From: Hemiscyllium ocellatum
Taxonomy: Eukaryota
Direction: 5' to 3'
DNA length: 64,000 bases
Assembly: GCF_020745735.1 (NCBI RefSeq)
Contig: NC_083428.1
Location: 18,414,001-18,478,000 of the forward strand
Part shown: positions 37,960-52,860 of the stretch, in pieces
How positions within the stretch are numbered: the stretch's first letter is position 1
Layout of the letters: each line of letters opens with the position of its first letter
The notes under the pieces: generated by a model
Databases searched by the model: none
What the model saw: only the letters and a program-made list of their open reading frames with translations
What the model was told of the DNA's origin: nothing
Position numbers and translations under genes: made by a program

Positions 37960-39660
37960 TTGTATAGTATTTCTTAGAGAGTGAAGCATCCCCAAGGTGC
38001 TTACCAGCATGACAAATCATAACTTGATAGTAAATCACATGAGAAAATACTAGGTCAGAGGACTAAAACACTGGTCAGATAGGTTTTAAGGAATGTTTTA
38101 GAGGAGGAAAGAGGGGTTTTTAAAGGAAGATATTCCAGAGCTTAGCATCCACCAGTTGAAGCAATAGCCAGCAATGGTGGAGAGATTATAACCAGGATGG
38201 CAAATGGCCAAAATGGGAATGCAGATGTCCTGGAGGAGAATACAGAAAAAAAGGGAAGCGCTAGATCATGGAGGAATTTGAATAAAAGGATGATTATTTT
38301 AAAGCTGCTTAACTGGGACCTAATCAAGTCAGCAGGCACAGGGATGCTGTATGAACAGGACTTGGTTCAATTTAAGACACGAACGCAGAGTTTTGGACAA
38401 CCTCCAGTCTACAAAATGTAGAATGTGGGTTGCTCACCAGGCATGTCCTGGAACAGTCAAGTCTAGAAATGACAAAACAGTTGAAGGCTTCAGTGCCAGA
38501 TGACATGAGGCAGAGTGTTGTTGGAGAAGTGGATATATAGGTGACCTTAGTGATGATATGCAGCTGGAAGCTCCTTTCTGGGTTAAATATGATGCAGCGT
38601 GACAAACAACCTGATCCTGCCACACCCTTCTGACAGAATGAGGTGGTGCTTGGCAGCTAGGGACCAGCAAAGCTCCCCCTGAGGTGTGCTGCTCTGAGAG
38701 TTCAGGCACAACAAAGAGGGATCCACACAAGAAACATAATGAACGGAAACACAGGGGGACTAGAATTTGAGGTCAGAAGCAATGTTCTCTCTAAGCTTAC
38801 TGAGAGTCGCACAGGTGCTTGATGTAAATACATGATCCCTTTTAATATTTTCTTGTGTAGCTTTGCATGCACTGTTAACTTAAGCAACCAGACTGATTCT
38901 TTGGGAACTTTCTGGTTATTATGTGGCCACTCAGCATGGAGAGATCTGAATGCATTCATTTTGGTCTTCCCAATATTTAGCTGGTGAAAATCTTTTGTCA
39001 ATCAGGCTGGCAAGTTAGTGAAAAGGTCAAAAGGGGTGATGGTTGGGAACAACCTGGTGTTGTGAGAGTACATGTGTAAACAGAGGCTGCGTTTTCAGAT
39101 GATGTAGGTTAGACTCTCAGAGAAGGTAAATAAGAGTTGCAGCGTGGGAGCAGCAGAGAAGTCACTGCCTGCCCCTTTTGCCCAGGGTGGGGGAGTCCAG
39201 AAAAAGGGGGTATATGTGAGAGGGGAAAGATTTAAAAGGGACCTATGGGCCAACTTTTTCCACACAGAAGGTGGCACATGTATGGCATGAGCTACCAGAT
39301 GAAGTGGTGGAGGCTGGCACAATTACAACATTTAAAAGGCATTTGGATGGGTATACGAATAGGAAGGGTTTAGACGGATATGGGGCAAATACTGGCCAAT
39401 GGAACTAGTTTAATTTAGATTATCTGGCTGGCATGGATAAGTTGGACTGAAGGGTATGTTTCAGAGATGTATATTTATATGATTATAAACAGAGTGGAAC
39501 CAGGTGAAGGCACTCTCACCCAACTGGATAACAGGGATAAGATGATTGAGGAGGATGGTGCAGTCAACAGTGTCAAAGCCTGCGGACAAATCACGAAGGT
39601 TGAGGAGGGATAGCTTACTTTCATCATTGTCACAAAGGATGTCATCTGTGACTTTGATAC
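37960..39660 (-). mobile_element. Old L2-clade LINE fragment (CR1 3' end nested at ~39170-39490)
   Basis: FVISRLDCS and LNIGKT motifs in minus-strand ORFs 38372-38623 and 38702-39001. Confidence 0.65.
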
Positions 39661-41194
39661 AGAGCAGTTTGTGAACTGTATTAGGAGAGGAGTCTCAGGA
39701 ACACATTTGGCAGGTGACAGTACGTCACCCAGGAGGATGTTACAAAACCCATCTCCTGTGTGACGTCAGAGTGGGAAATTTTCACAGAAAGCTACAAAAG
39801 CCATTACAAATTCTGCAATTAGGCTTAACTTTGAGAGTATAAAAAACAAGTTTGCCATGGAGAGATACTGAGAATTGAAACTTCTCTGCCTTAGGCAAAC
39901 CTAACCACATTTAAACTGGGAATAACAATATAATGTCACTGAGTTATGTCAATAATTAAGTTTCCCTATAATGATCATCGACTTTGACAGTCTAGGTCTT
40001 GATGCATATGAACACAAATTGCTTTAATATCTGGAGAATCATGAATGCACCATGTTCCAAACTAATCATCAGTGAACATCCTGACCTCCTACCTTATGAT
40101 GGAGGGAACATAACTGATGAAGCTGCTGAAGATGACATGCACATTACCTGAGTAATATAGCAATGTCCCAGTACTGAACTGATTGACTTATAACAAAAAC
40201 AACCAGCATCCTTTGTGTTTGGTATGATTCCAAATAGTAGCCAGATTCTCCCTCGATCCCATAGACTCCAGCTTTGAGGATTCCTTGATGACACACTCAA
40301 ATAATGTCAAAGGTAGTCACCCACACTTCCCCTTGCATCCAGTTATTTTGTCCATGCTTGGACCATGTCTGTAATGTGATTAGGGGCTGAGTGGGCCTAG
40401 TGGAAGCCAAATGAGCAACAGTTGGCAGGATACTGTTGAATTAATGCCACTTGCTAGCACTGTCGATGATACCTTAATGCCACTTGATAGCACTTTACTG
40501 ATGTCTGAGAATAGACGATTCAGGTTGGATTTGTCCTGCTTTTTGTGGACAGCATAAACCTGGTCAATTTACCACATTATTGGATTCCAATATTGTAATT
40601 GCAGCACAAAGCTTGGCTAAAGGCATGCATAGTTCTGGATCCTCTTCAGCAGATTCTTGATATCAAGTAGTGTATCGAATTGCCAATAGACTGGTACCTG
40701 TGATGCTGGGGACCTCTAGAGGAGACAGAGTTGGATCATCCAGCTCCTTTTAGTTCTTACATTTCTTTCTATTCTGTTTTGTTTAGTTCATAAACATGAA
40801 GGAGAACATAATCCAGAGGGCCAGGTTAATACCTTGGGAACACAAATTTAAATGCCACCTTTGCACCTGGTGGAATTTGAAATAAATTGATAAAGTCAGA
40901 ATTTAAAAAAAACCAGTCTCACCAATGGTAAACAAGAAACAACTATTGATTGCTGTTATCAAAAACCTACAGAGTTCATTAATACCCTTTAAGGAAGAAA
41001 GGAAATTTATCATACTTACCTGGACAAAGTGGCTGGTTCTTAAACACTCTTTCAACTGTTCCAGCAAACTACTCAGTTCAGAGGCAATTAGGGACAGGTG
41101 TCAAATGATGGCCTTGCTAGTGACACACACCCATGAAAGGATAAACAAAAAGTTGGGATCAAAAACCTTGGTTCAGGAATGCATCTCCTGATAT

Positions 41195-41405
41195 TGATGA
41201 TTCGGAGGAGCTGGTGTTGAACTGGGGCGTACAAATTAAATCACACAATACCAGGTTATAGTCCAACAGGTTTATTTGGAAGCACTAACTTTCAGGGTGC
41301 TGCTCCTTCAACTGGTAGCACAACCACCTAATGAAGGAGCAGTGCTCCGAAAGTTAGTGCTTCTAAATAAACCTGTTGAATTGTGACCTGGTGTGATTTT
41401 CAACC
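41195..41405. mobile_element. Fold-back Penelope-derived (MER6-like) element
   Basis: Inverted arms acaggtttatttggaagcact... / ...agtgcttctaaataaacctgt; ctaatgaaggagcagtgctccgaaagtta motif. Confidence 0.75.
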
Positions 41406-43278
41406 TTCTCCTGAGTTTACATACAATTAAAAATAGAAAACCTGCTTCAATAAGTGATTATTGATATTTATTACAGAACTTAGAATAGGGTATTCATGCT
41501 CACCTCAATTAATTGCTGTTGGCTAAACAAGGCTCATCCCTATATTTAGGGCCCATTCTTCTGACCCTTCTCAACAGAAAATTGATGATTTGGAAAAAAC
41601 ATTGTCAGAAGATAATAAGACTGCAATTTTATTGCAAGTCTTTAATATATAAGGTTGCATTCTGGTGTGTAACAAACTGTCTGGATAACTCAGTTTAACT
41701 GTAATATTTATCTCCGGTCATGATAATAGGTCAACACCAATCATCATCCTATTACATGTGGAGATATTCATTATATAACACATTGCCATGCCAGCTGCAC
41801 TCGAGAAAGATGAGAAATCATTGCCATTGCACAACATTATGCAGACAGTATTGGAGAGAGAGCAATTGAAGATGAATATGTACTTTACATATATTAATAG
41901 GTCTGACCCATATGATTGGCAGTGGCAGCTATAGCACACAATGTGAACACATGGATACTGGCATTTCTTAAGTATGTTAAGTGACAGTGAATTGTCAGTC
42001 ATTATAAATGTCTCAGGAACAGAACAAATTCAGACAGAATAGAAACTCTGATCAATTTAGCTAGTTCAAGACAAATAAAGGAAACAGTTATTTGGAACAC
42101 AAGGGTGTTTATGTACATTATAATGAGGGCAGCAGTCAGTACTTATGGAAGATGACAAGAAGCAAGAAGATTGGGTCACAATGTCAATCAGCAAAGGTGT
42201 TATCCTCAGCATGTGTTATTCTGTACTTCAAACTAATTACTTATTGTAAAACTGGACACAAAAATGTTGGGAAAGATGGCTGAAGGGTCACCTGACTTCT
42301 TTTCTGGATTAGAAAATGTCCCTCTCTTAAAAGGGAATAAAAGAATATTCCAAACTAATACGATTCAGTTCCTGAATCCATGGCATCCTCATCATGTGAC
42401 TTTAAACAATTTCTAGTCTTTTTCCCAAGTAAGGTAGAGTGGTTATGTTGATTACACATTCTGAATTGTAGCTGAACACCTCTGAAGATTTGAGACAGTC
42501 AGTATCTTTGTTTTGGAATGACGCATTTAAATCAGATAACAACTTAGAGTTCTGAGGAAGGGTCGTTGGACCCAAAACATTAATTCTGATTTGTCTCCAC
42601 AGATGCTGCTAGACCTGGTGAGCTTTTCCAGCAATTTCTGTTTTTGTTAAAACCATTTTGATTGGTTTCAGAGACAAGTTTGAATCACATCAGTCTGGAG
42701 TATTCTTTTGATTCAGAGTCTTTGTTGCCTTCATTGGTTTTCAAGATAAAAATCAGCCAACAATTGTTTGCAGGCAGTTCCACCAAAAGACATCAAACCA
42801 TTAGGTCAGCCAATCTGCAAACTCTGAATTTGCAAACATTTTCAGAAAAAGCAAAAAGACATCAGGTTGCCAGAGTATATAACTTATTTCAGTTTGAAGT
42901 TCACATGATAACCAACCTACCAGCTAGTCAATTGAATAAACCTAGTTACCTGTTACTTTCCAATTTACAAAATCTTTACTTCAACTTTAAGTTATCAAAA
43001 TCATCCAAGAAACCATAGGTTGCCACATGGGAGGCAGGACATTGTAAATTGGAGACTGAAATAACTACAACCTGGAGCAGTATACCTTTGTCTTTACCTG
43101 CACCAAACTTTAGGTATGTATGTATATGTACGAGACTGAGTGGGTAACATTGTATTAATACAGGTTAAATGTGAGACAATAAATAACCTTCTTCATTTCA
43201 AAAACCACAAAGGCTTATGGCTGTAATAATCTGCTTAGAATGTACACTTCAGAAGATAAGAAAACATACACTTCTTAC

Positions 43279-43366
43279 CATAAGAACAGACAGTAGGAGA
43301 GGAAATGACACTGTTGTTCAAACCCCTATCAATGTACTTAGCCACTGGGTGTATCATGCTAGTAAT
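43279..43366 (-). CDS. Candidate internal exon (ITSMIHPVAKYIDRGLNNSVISSPTVCSY), gene unknown
   Basis: ttttgttcaatcccag acceptor, G|gtaaga donor, open frame, non-repeat context; no homologue recognised. Confidence 0.3.
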
Positions 43367-44184
43367 CTGGGATTGAACAAAAACCAAGTTGGTAAGAGTC
43401 TACATTATAGCAGAATCAGAATGGCAAATTCCAAAGTAGTTCTATTGGCTACAATACAGCTCCTTGCCAACATTGGGAATTTGAGGCAACTTCCAGTGGC
43501 TGCCACAGTCTCAACATACCTCAAATTTTATGCATCCAGCTTCCACCTACATAACCAGCAAGACAGGATGGAAGGAGCATGAAATGCCACAAAGTTTGCT
43601 GCTTTCAAATGTTGGTGGCTACTGGTATTTTATTTAGAATCATTGAGTTGATTACTTTCACCATTAACAACAACAGCACAATATATTACACTCAGTCTTG
43701 TTTATTTGCTACCTGTGGGTCCAGGTACTCTCAAGATTGGACCCAGGCCCTCAGCTGATTTGAAATGTCTCCAAATGCATATATGGTAATCCTCAGTGTG
43801 CAAGTGGGTGTAGGACTACACCCATTATCTCTTATAGCATCTGGGTGCAAGCATCTGCATCTCATGGTCTAGTCCAGTTCCACATGTGGTCTGTCTTGGT
43901 AATCTCTGCACAGGAGAGGGTATTAGTGGTCTCCACATTGTTATCTGCTGTTATATTTGTTCCTAGCAAATATCGAGGAGCGAGTGAGCACTCAATCCCA
44001 CTGCTGACTCTCCGCTATTACGAAGGATTGCGCACATTAACCAGTCAAGATAATACTGAGTCATCACAGAATGAAAAAGATTGCTGCAGACTGGTGGGAA
44101 GGGGCATTGGAGACACTCTGAACATTCAGATGATGGGAAGCTACTAGAACAGAATGACACTGCTGACTACGTAGCTTCCAACCA

Positions 44185-44970
44185 TAAAACTGTAAGGAAT
44201 AAGAACAGTCGGCCATTCAGCCCTTCGAGCCTACTGTGCCATTCAATAGGATAACAGCTGATCCAACATTCCTCATGTCCGCTTTTCTGCCTTTTCCAGT
44301 AACCCTCGTTCCCTTACTGATCAGGAATCTATTTATCTCAGCTTTAAATTTATACAAGGACTCTGCCTTCATAGGCCTTTGTGACATGGAGTTCCAACGA
44401 CTCTTAACAGTCTGAGGGAAGAAATTCCTCCCCTTCGCAGTCTTAAACTGGTGCCCTTTTATGTTGAGTCTATATCCTCTGGTCCCACACTCTCCCAAGG
44501 GATGAAATATCCTGTGAGCATTTACCCTGTCAAGCCCCATAAGAATCCTTTATGTTTCAGGGAGACCACCTCTCAGTCTTCTAAATTCCAATGAGCACAG
44601 TTCCAACCTGTTTAGCCTTTGCTCATTAGACAATTTTTCCTTATCAGAGACCATCCTAGTGAACTGTCTCTGAACTGCGTCCAATGAAACAATGCCCTTG
44701 CATAAGTGCACCTGTACTCCAGAAGTGGTCTCACTAGCACCTTTTACAGTTGCAGTAAGACTTCCTTACTCCTATACTCTAAAGATCCTTGAAATAAGGG
44801 CCAAGATTCCATTAGCCTTCCCGATTATCTGCTGCAGCTGTATTCTAGCTTTCTGTGTTTAATGCACAAGTACATCCAAGTCCCTTTGAGTCACAGCTTT
44901 CTTCAGCTTTTTCTCAATAAAATAATATTATGTTCTTCCTTTCAAAATAATCAACATTGCATTTTCCCAC
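44185..44970 (-). mobile_element. CR1 LINE 3' fragment
   Basis: ORF 44217-44540 is a CR1 ORF2 C-terminus (RNFFPQTV..RWN). Confidence 0.85.
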
Positions 44971-47637
44971 CATGAGGGCCTTTCCCAGTTTGCACTTCAA
45001 CTCTCGAGTCTAATCACAAAAATTTACAGACAGGGTTGGAATAAAACTATATCATCTGTACAGAAAATCAGCTTGAAGCCTGCTCAACAGTCATAACACA
45101 CTGTGGTGGGATAAATTGTCTTAACTGTGTGACTCCAACCCTCATTGAGTACGAATTCCTGCCCTCAGGAGCTACAGTGCCACAAGCTCTATTGCACACG
45201 TATTGCAGGCAGACCATACTGGTGATCCCATAAAACCCTGTGTTTTGTTAATCGGGGTATTGAGTCAGGGAAGGCTTGGAAAGCTTTGCACACACTAAAT
45301 GTATTTGAGCATTGACAGTCTATTATCAAACTCAATCTGGGCCTTTTAACAATCTCAATAGCCCCAGAATTATTTATTTACAAATGGTGGTGGAAGAGGC
45401 ATTGACTTTGCACACAGCTTCACTCTATAATTTGACTGAGGCCAGGGGTGGATGTGTAGGTGGCTGGCTGGGCACTGTACCACTAAAAACACACACATAT
45501 TATCTACGTTCAACTGTTGCTCCTGGCAGACATGTCTAGTGGCATCCAGATGCTAGGCTTCATCTGTCCATTGGACATTGGACATTGTCTACTGCACAAT
45601 GTCCAAAGTTTTGGCTGTTCTATGCGTAACCGGCAGAATCAAGTTCGCTCAGCAGTCACTGGCAATCCAGTATATGAGGCACAGCAACTTCAATTTCCAG
45701 GGTTTTTAATAGTTTTTAAAAATGCATTCAGATAAAATGGCAAGATTAGAAGCAATGGTAAAACTTCAATCAAAGGGTTGAACTGGATAGGGATAACAAT
45801 GAACCTCAAATTTCTGCTTTGTTAATTTTTAAAATGAAGTATTTATAATGCTACATGCAGGCAGTTTACAGTAAATAGTTAACTAAAACAAAATAGTTTT
45901 AGTACAAATATTTGTTCGGATCCTATTGCTGTTTTGTGAGGTTTCCAACAGATATACAGCTAACATCAATACAGCTTAAAACATGCTGATTTGAAAGTAA
46001 TTGATTATTGTTTAAATAAGCAGAGTTGTGTGATATGGAGTGACCCCGTACCTGGCTCAGGAAACAAATTCAATCTTTATATACCACCACATTTTCTATT
46101 GGATCTTGGAATGGTTAACATAGAAATAAACATTGAAAGCAAAAAGATTGTTAACAGTTACGTGAAGATTTTAGGTTCAGAAGAGTCCATTAGGTTAATT
46201 CTATGTAGTTGATTAAGCAGGCAAATCTTAAAAGGAAATAATGATGTGATCAATTGGAAGGGGAAGATTGAATTTTAAAGATATTTCATGGGATCGGGGC
46301 ATCACTGGTAGGGCCAGTATTTGTTGCTCCTTTCCTAATTTGCCTTGAACTGAGTGACTTTGAGTCAAACGCAATGCTGTAGGTCTGGAGTCACATGTAG
46401 GCCAGACTAAAGTAGAATGGCAGATCTCTTTCCTCAGATGTTAACAAACCAGATGGATTTTTACAACAATTGATGATAGTTTCATGGCTACCATTACTGA
46501 GATTAGCTTTATACTCCAGATTGTACCATACCAATTTAAAGTATACCAGCTGCCATGGAGAGATTTGTATCTATGCTTTTGAAGCATAAGCCTGGGCCCC
46601 TGGATTACTAGTCCAATGATATTACTGCTATGCTATTGTCCAGTTAGTTTTTTCCCCAATACCATGGTCTGTCTGGGCCCTCCAGTCAAGTAATGCCAGT
46701 AAATTTCTACTAGAGTCAACAGCTAACAATGCTCACAAGCTTGGACCACTGATAGTTTTTCATTCAGCTTTCATTGCTACATGTTGAGAACCATCTGGAC
46801 TTTTATAAAGCAGCAGGGCTGAAATCAAAAATTCAAAAGCCATAAGAGTGATCCAGTGCCCTCCCACTATTATAGTATCAAGTCTCCATAATTTTAAATA
46901 GGAAATGAATATTATTATTGAGATTCCCTGGTGTTCTTAGTCATGTTCCCTACTCCAGCACTTGACGGAAGGCACAATAGTGAAAATATCTTCAGGCACA
47001 AAGCCCATGCCTAAAAACCATTACGTTGACATAGTGACGGTGCAGTGATATGAACAGCTTTTATACTGAACGTTATCTTCTGAGGAAAGGCAGTAAAGAA
47101 CCTTGACATGAAATAGTGTTCCGGTCATTTCTCTCACTTTTGTCCCTATATCTGTTCATGAAATATTTTCCTCTGAAGAAAATCCATTTCTAACCAGAGT
47201 TTGAGGGATTTTATACTCAACTGGAAACCGACAAATACACTAATCTCATATGTTTGTACTGCGCATATTGACTTTTACATACTTTAGAATGATATAAGGA
47301 CATAAAACAGAGGAGCAGAAGGCAATTCAGCCCATCAAGTTTGTTCTGCTATTCAATGTCACCTGGGCTGATCTGATAATCCTAAACACTTCCCTGCCTT
47401 GTCCCATAAACCATCATTTCCTTCCCGATTAAAAATTTGTATGGCTTAGTCTCTACAATTGTCTGCAGTGAAGAATTGCACAAATTCACAACTCCATGGG
47501 AGAAGAAATTCCTCCTTATACCTGACTTAAATGGGTGACACTTTAATCTGAGATTACGCTCTCTGGTGTTAGGCTCTTCCACAAGGGAAAAACAAACGTT
47601 CCACATCTATCATGTCAAGTTTCCTAAGAACCTTATT

Positions 47638-47914
47638 TATTGTTGTGGTTCTGTTCGCCGAACTTGGAATTTGTGTTGCAGACGTTTCGTCCCTTGTCTA
47701 GGTGGCATCCTCAGTGCTTGGGAGTCTCCTGTGAGGCGCTTCTGTGATCTTTCCTCCAGCACTTAGTGATTTGTATCTGCCGCTTCTGGTTGTCAGTTCC
47801 AGCTGTCCACTGCAGCGGCCGGTATATTGGGTCCAGGTTGATGTGCTTATTGACTGAAGTTGTGGATGAGTGCCATGCCTCTAGGAATTCCCTGGCTGTT
47901 CTCGGTTTGGCTAT
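47638..47914 (-). mobile_element. Penelope 3' end with hammerhead motif (47681-47714)
   Basis: AREFLEAWHS...NKHINLDPIY (GIY-YIG tail); CUGAGGA-UGCCACCUAGACAAGGGAC-GAAA-CGUC. Confidence 0.85.
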
Positions 47915-47991
47915 TGTAAACTTCAAAACTTTTATAACTGTTCATGGATTGAAAGAATCAGCAATCATTTTGTCTAGAATAAACCTTTAGA

Positions 47992-48252
47992 GGGTATCGG
48001 GCAGCATGGTGGCTCAGTGGTTAGCACTGATGTTTCACTGTGGGTTCGGTTCCACCCTCAGGTGATTGTATGTGTGGAGTTTGCACAATCACCCTGTGTC
48101 CGTGTGGGTTTCCTCTGAGTGCTCGGATTTCCACCCACAGTACAAAGATGTGCAGATTAGGTGTGTTAGCCATAGGAAATGCAGAGTTACAGGGATAGGG
48201 TGGGTCGGGTGAACTCGATGGGCTGGCCTGCTTCCACACTGTAGGGATTCTA
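47992..48252 (+). mobile_element. HE1-type V-SINE variant
   Basis: Head, V-domain, tail. Confidence 0.8.
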
Positions 48253-48874
48253 TTGTACTTTGACAAGGACAAACCTATATACAAATTGAAAGCAATTAGC
48301 TATGTCTGGGGGAAAGAGTCATCAAAGCTACATTAACTGTTTTGATTTCGGGCTAATAACTGGCTGCTTTACACCATAAGGACAAATGATTGCCCTGCAG
48401 AAGAATTTAAGGAATTAATTACAGGAAAGTTGCAACTTCAAACAGACTGTTAAGGCTAACTGTAACAAGGAACAAAGAAGTTACTTCTAAAAAGGAAGCC
48501 GCTGCCGACTCAAGGACTCCAAAAGAGTGATCAATATTTTGGATGACAGAATCTAAAAATCTAAAGGACAAAAAAAAATCTGTATAAGAATTCAACTCCA
48601 GAACTTTTTATTAGCAGAACTTTGAAGAACAACGCTGTACAAGGATCAAACATTGGACATTTCCAGAGACAGACACTGTTGTTTGGAATCATAGCTGAAT
48701 TCCACCATTAATCGGTTAATAGCCTGATTGGGTTGTGAGACTTAACTTGCTTACTTGAGGAGTCTTATTTTGGCTGCTACCTGCAATAAAGTTTAAACCA
48801 TTGTTTTAGTAAGTGATTGCGAGATTTCTTAAGTTGCCAGATTAGAGGTAACTTGCAGTGATTTACCTACAACA
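48253..48874 (+). mobile_element. Possible solo LTR
   Basis: TATA-like tgtataag (48581), AATAAA (48785), ends ...ctacaaca; no clear TSD. Confidence 0.3.
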
Positions 48875-50422
48875 GCAGATAAAGGTAATATAGAATCACC
48901 ATCAATTTCTAACCTGAGCAGTCTTGAAAAGTTTAGGTTAAATATACAAAAACCTCAGATGTTTATGCTCTAATCTTATTCGCATAAATAGTACTATTGG
49001 CTTAGTCTGAGCACGAGTTGCTTCCTCTTTCGAATGAACAAAAATTTCTTTATTTCTTAAAGACTGCTCCATTTTGCAATTGCTTTAAATATTAAACCAT
49101 AACCCATTAACCAGAAGTCTTTCTGGTATTTTTAGCTTTCCCCAAAGGAACTGACTTTAAACTTGTACATACTAATTTCCAATGAATTAAAAATTTCACC
49201 CATACCTACCCATCCATATAGGTACAATTCTTTTCTTCCTTTTCAATATAGATTTTTTTTTGCAAATCCCAATGCTGTAAAAGGAGGAAAAGGGAGACTG
49301 ACTCATGGAATTTTATTAATATTGATTGCTGAAAAAAACACTAGGATGAGTCATTCCAGCTGAACTAGTATCATGACATGAATGAACAAAGCCAGAGGTA
49401 AGTTCAAAGTAAAATTACAATGTACAGCTTTTCACCCTCCTCCAGACTCCTACCCATATCCTTTAACGATCTCAAGGCTATAGAAGGCCCACATATTAAC
49501 CCCTAAAAGAGGTTTAGCAATATAACACAAACAGGTGCAACAAACTTTACTCGTATCAAAATCTGGCATGCTCCTGTGCAGTGCTGTAGTTCCACTTGGC
49601 TGGTACAATGCTGAGATGTGAGCAAGAGCTGAGAATAACAGCATCTCCTTGGTGGTAATGTTTCAGTCACTGAATTGCTTGGTGTGTTGCTGCCAGGTTT
49701 TCAGAGGATTCTTTGGGAATTTACTTGTTACGCTACCACTAATGTGCAGCCAATTGGTAGATCAATCTTCTCCTTCACAAATACTTCCCCAGTCATCTGA
49801 TCATCAGAAGGCCATTGCAGCACTCGGATTGCTGTAATTTTCATCAATTTTTAAACTTAAACAAAAAACAACCAAGATGCTCATCTAATTCTCAGTCCTT
49901 TTGGTTTTACATTGATCCATTTTTCTCTCTGGCATGTGAATACACTGGATTGACTTGACAACTTAGGCGCTGCCTAGAAGTAACCTACTGTTTTGCTTTG
50001 TTAATAACTGGTGCCTCTCTCTCTCTCATTAGTTCCTGGCCCAACAGTAACAGCAGCAGATCCACAGAGTTGTCCAGAAAATCTCTTCTTGCTCACACTA
50101 AGACTTGCAATGCCCCCAGTTGGTAAAGTTAAGTATTACTCAAAGTTAGTGTTTGAGACTTTTCATTAGTCTTTGTCACAGGCTGTCTGTAACTCCTTTG
50201 TCACCGAATGGCTAAATTTCAACCGAAAACAACAAATGCTGGAGATCACAGCAAGTCAAACAGCATCCACGGAGAGACAGCAAGCTAATGTTGAGTCTAG
50301 CTGACTCTAAATTCCAATCTGTGTCATTGTTAGCTATATGTATTTTCATGTATTTGTAATCAAGAACTTATTTCTGTTCACTATGCTGTTATAGGAGTGA
50401 CACACCCAAAATTGGGACTTAC

Positions 50423-50475
50423 ATTGAGGTATCGTCATCTTCTGCAGCTCTCAAAATAATATTCACATCCCTTGG
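50423..50475 (-). CDS. Candidate internal exon (PRDVNIILRAAEDDDTS), gene unknown
   Basis: ctgtag acceptor, AT|gtaagt donor; phase-compatible with candidate 50616-50653. Confidence 0.22.
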
Positions 50476-52619
50476 CTACAGTTTCAATACTATTGGTCAT
50501 GTAAAATTCACCCTTTAGTGAGAACTTGCTTGTCTAACATTGTGTGCTGAACACCTTCACTCAGTAAGCCATACAACAGACATTTTCTTTGGTTTCCATC
50601 GAAGCTAGCCTTTACGCTGCAAGAAATATGCAGTTCCTTAACTCCATCAGAAACTGAAAGACTGTCTTGTCCTCTGACTGCTTTCGGCAAAGTTTGAATC
50701 TGTAAATGATGACTTCTTGTCATGGTCTGAAACACCAGTGCAAGTTCTAAAGCTTTTACAAACAGTTTATCTGCATGCTGTTCTGGGGCCAAGAGATTTC
50801 TCAAAGGCTTTTTTTAAAATTCCAACTGCTGTGCTGTGAACACACAGCATCACATTCCCTTCCTTGATCCCAGAAGACCAAAAAAAGACTCAATATAAGC
50901 TGCAAGTTAAATTATAGAGGTTGCAGGGCACCAGAAAACCAAAGAAATAAAATCTTTTCCTTGCTCCCACCTGCAGTATTAAATTAAAAGAATTAAAAGA
51001 CTGATGCGGGCCTTCAAAGGCTGTAAAGCAGACTCCTGAAATCATGAAAGGCATTAGCCAAATATAAGCATTTATTTCTTTCCAATATTTAATTCATAGT
51101 GCATATTTAATAAAATTCAGTTTGCCCATGGGATTTTATTGTGATATTGGCCAGTGATCAGATTAGGATAGCTTTCTTAAAGATTTTGATGGTTTATCAC
51201 CATATGTCAAAATCACAAAGCGAAAAACTGGCGTGATGTCTTGAGAGTTTCTTAAAATCATGCAAGGCGGCAAATTTTACAAAGAAATTTGGCAGGATAC
51301 AATCACCAAACAAGTATGTGCAGTTGAGATTCAAACTGAATCATTATTAATGGATAGCAAAACTCTACAGTTTTTCAAACAAATCAACTGATGTTGGCAT
51401 CAAAATTGTTCTGTAAGTATAGAGAACTGCAATGCATCAAACTCAGGCTAAGCTTAACTGCTATACTTTCACCAACTCTCCCTACAGATGCTGCCTGACC
51501 TGCCAAATTTCTCCAACACTTTGTTTTTATATTGTTACTTCCTATAATATCACGTGGTGGAAATTTACTCCACTTCCTTTTTCAGAAGTCTTTCTCTTGG
51601 GCCTCATTCATGATGAGGGGCTTTTGCTCGAAACGGCGACTCTCCTTCTTCGGATGCTGCCTGACCTGCTGTGCTTTTCCAGCACCACACTCTTGACTCT
51701 AATCTCCAGTACCTGCAGCCCTCACTTTAGCCCAGGATAGAAATACAGCTTGACCTTAACAGGAAAGCAATGAAGGAATTTAGAAATGGTCTAGGGGATT
51801 ACTTCACTTACTATATTTCTAACTGCTGCTGATTTTGTCAGAAGTCTAGAGTCAACAGTTTACAGCAGATATAAGATGTGAAAAGTTTTTTTCCTAAAAA
51901 AATCAAGCTGCCAAATAACTACTCAACTGTCACTACAAGATCTTGATGGTGAATGCTAGGAGGCCTCGAGACCCCAATAGCACAGAGAGCATGTCAGAAT
52001 ATAAATAGCATCAGACTCATCCTTGAATTCTGTTCTTCGCAAAATATTATGCAAAGTTGTTGAGGCATTCTTCAGAATAATTAAGAGTAGAATTAACTGG
52101 CTTGGAGGATAAAACAACTGCCTGAATGCAGGATGCTTCTTGGTATTAGTCATTTACTAACAGAAGGAAGCCTTTCAGTCATCAAATCAGTCTTATTTCC
52201 CCTGCTCTACCACTGAAGCTCTGCAAGTTTATTTCCTTCATATGTCCATCTTATTTCCTTTTGAAATAATTGATCACCTCCACTTCCACAACCCTTCAGA
52301 GAGTCACTACTATCCACTGTATTGAAAGCTTCAACTACCTCCCCCACACCGCTCATCTGTTGCCCAAAACCTTACAATTTTGCTCCCTAGCCCTTCTACT
52401 ATCAACTATTAGGAACAGATATTCTTAGTTTATCTTATCCATATTTGTTAGAATTGCACATTTCTATCAAATCCTCTCTCAAACCTTGCCTCCAAAAAGA
52501 AACAATTTCAAATTCTTGAACCTAACTTTGTAGGTAACGTCCTTCATTTCTCTGGAACTATTCTAGTTAATCTTGTCATCACCCTCTCGACATAGAAACG
52601 AAGTACGTCAATTAATTAA

Positions 52620-52860
52620 TTTTGAAATGTAGTCAAACATTACTAACAATTTGTACACAGTAATGTCAAACAACAAGTGGAATAACTGACTGAGTAATCA
52701 TTTTGATGTTAATTCAGGGAGGAATATTAGTCATGATACTGCAAAAAACTGCCTGCTGTCCTTGTGGTGCTGCAGGATCTTCTACAATCACTTGTACAAG
52801 TAGATGCAGCAGGTATATCTTATTTGCAATTCATCACGGAACATATTAACTAAGTGCTAT
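52620..52860 (-). mobile_element. Degenerate DeuSINE-like element
   Basis: Resembles, from memory, the reverse-complement Deu-domain/L2-tail SINEs of sharks. Confidence 0.4.

Noticed and set aside
49552-49831. Minus-strand exon candidates (IRVLQWPSDD...GCTLV; CTSQVELQHCTGAC)
   Set aside because: Protein-like, but I could not join them in phase to the neighbouring candidates; donors are weak.
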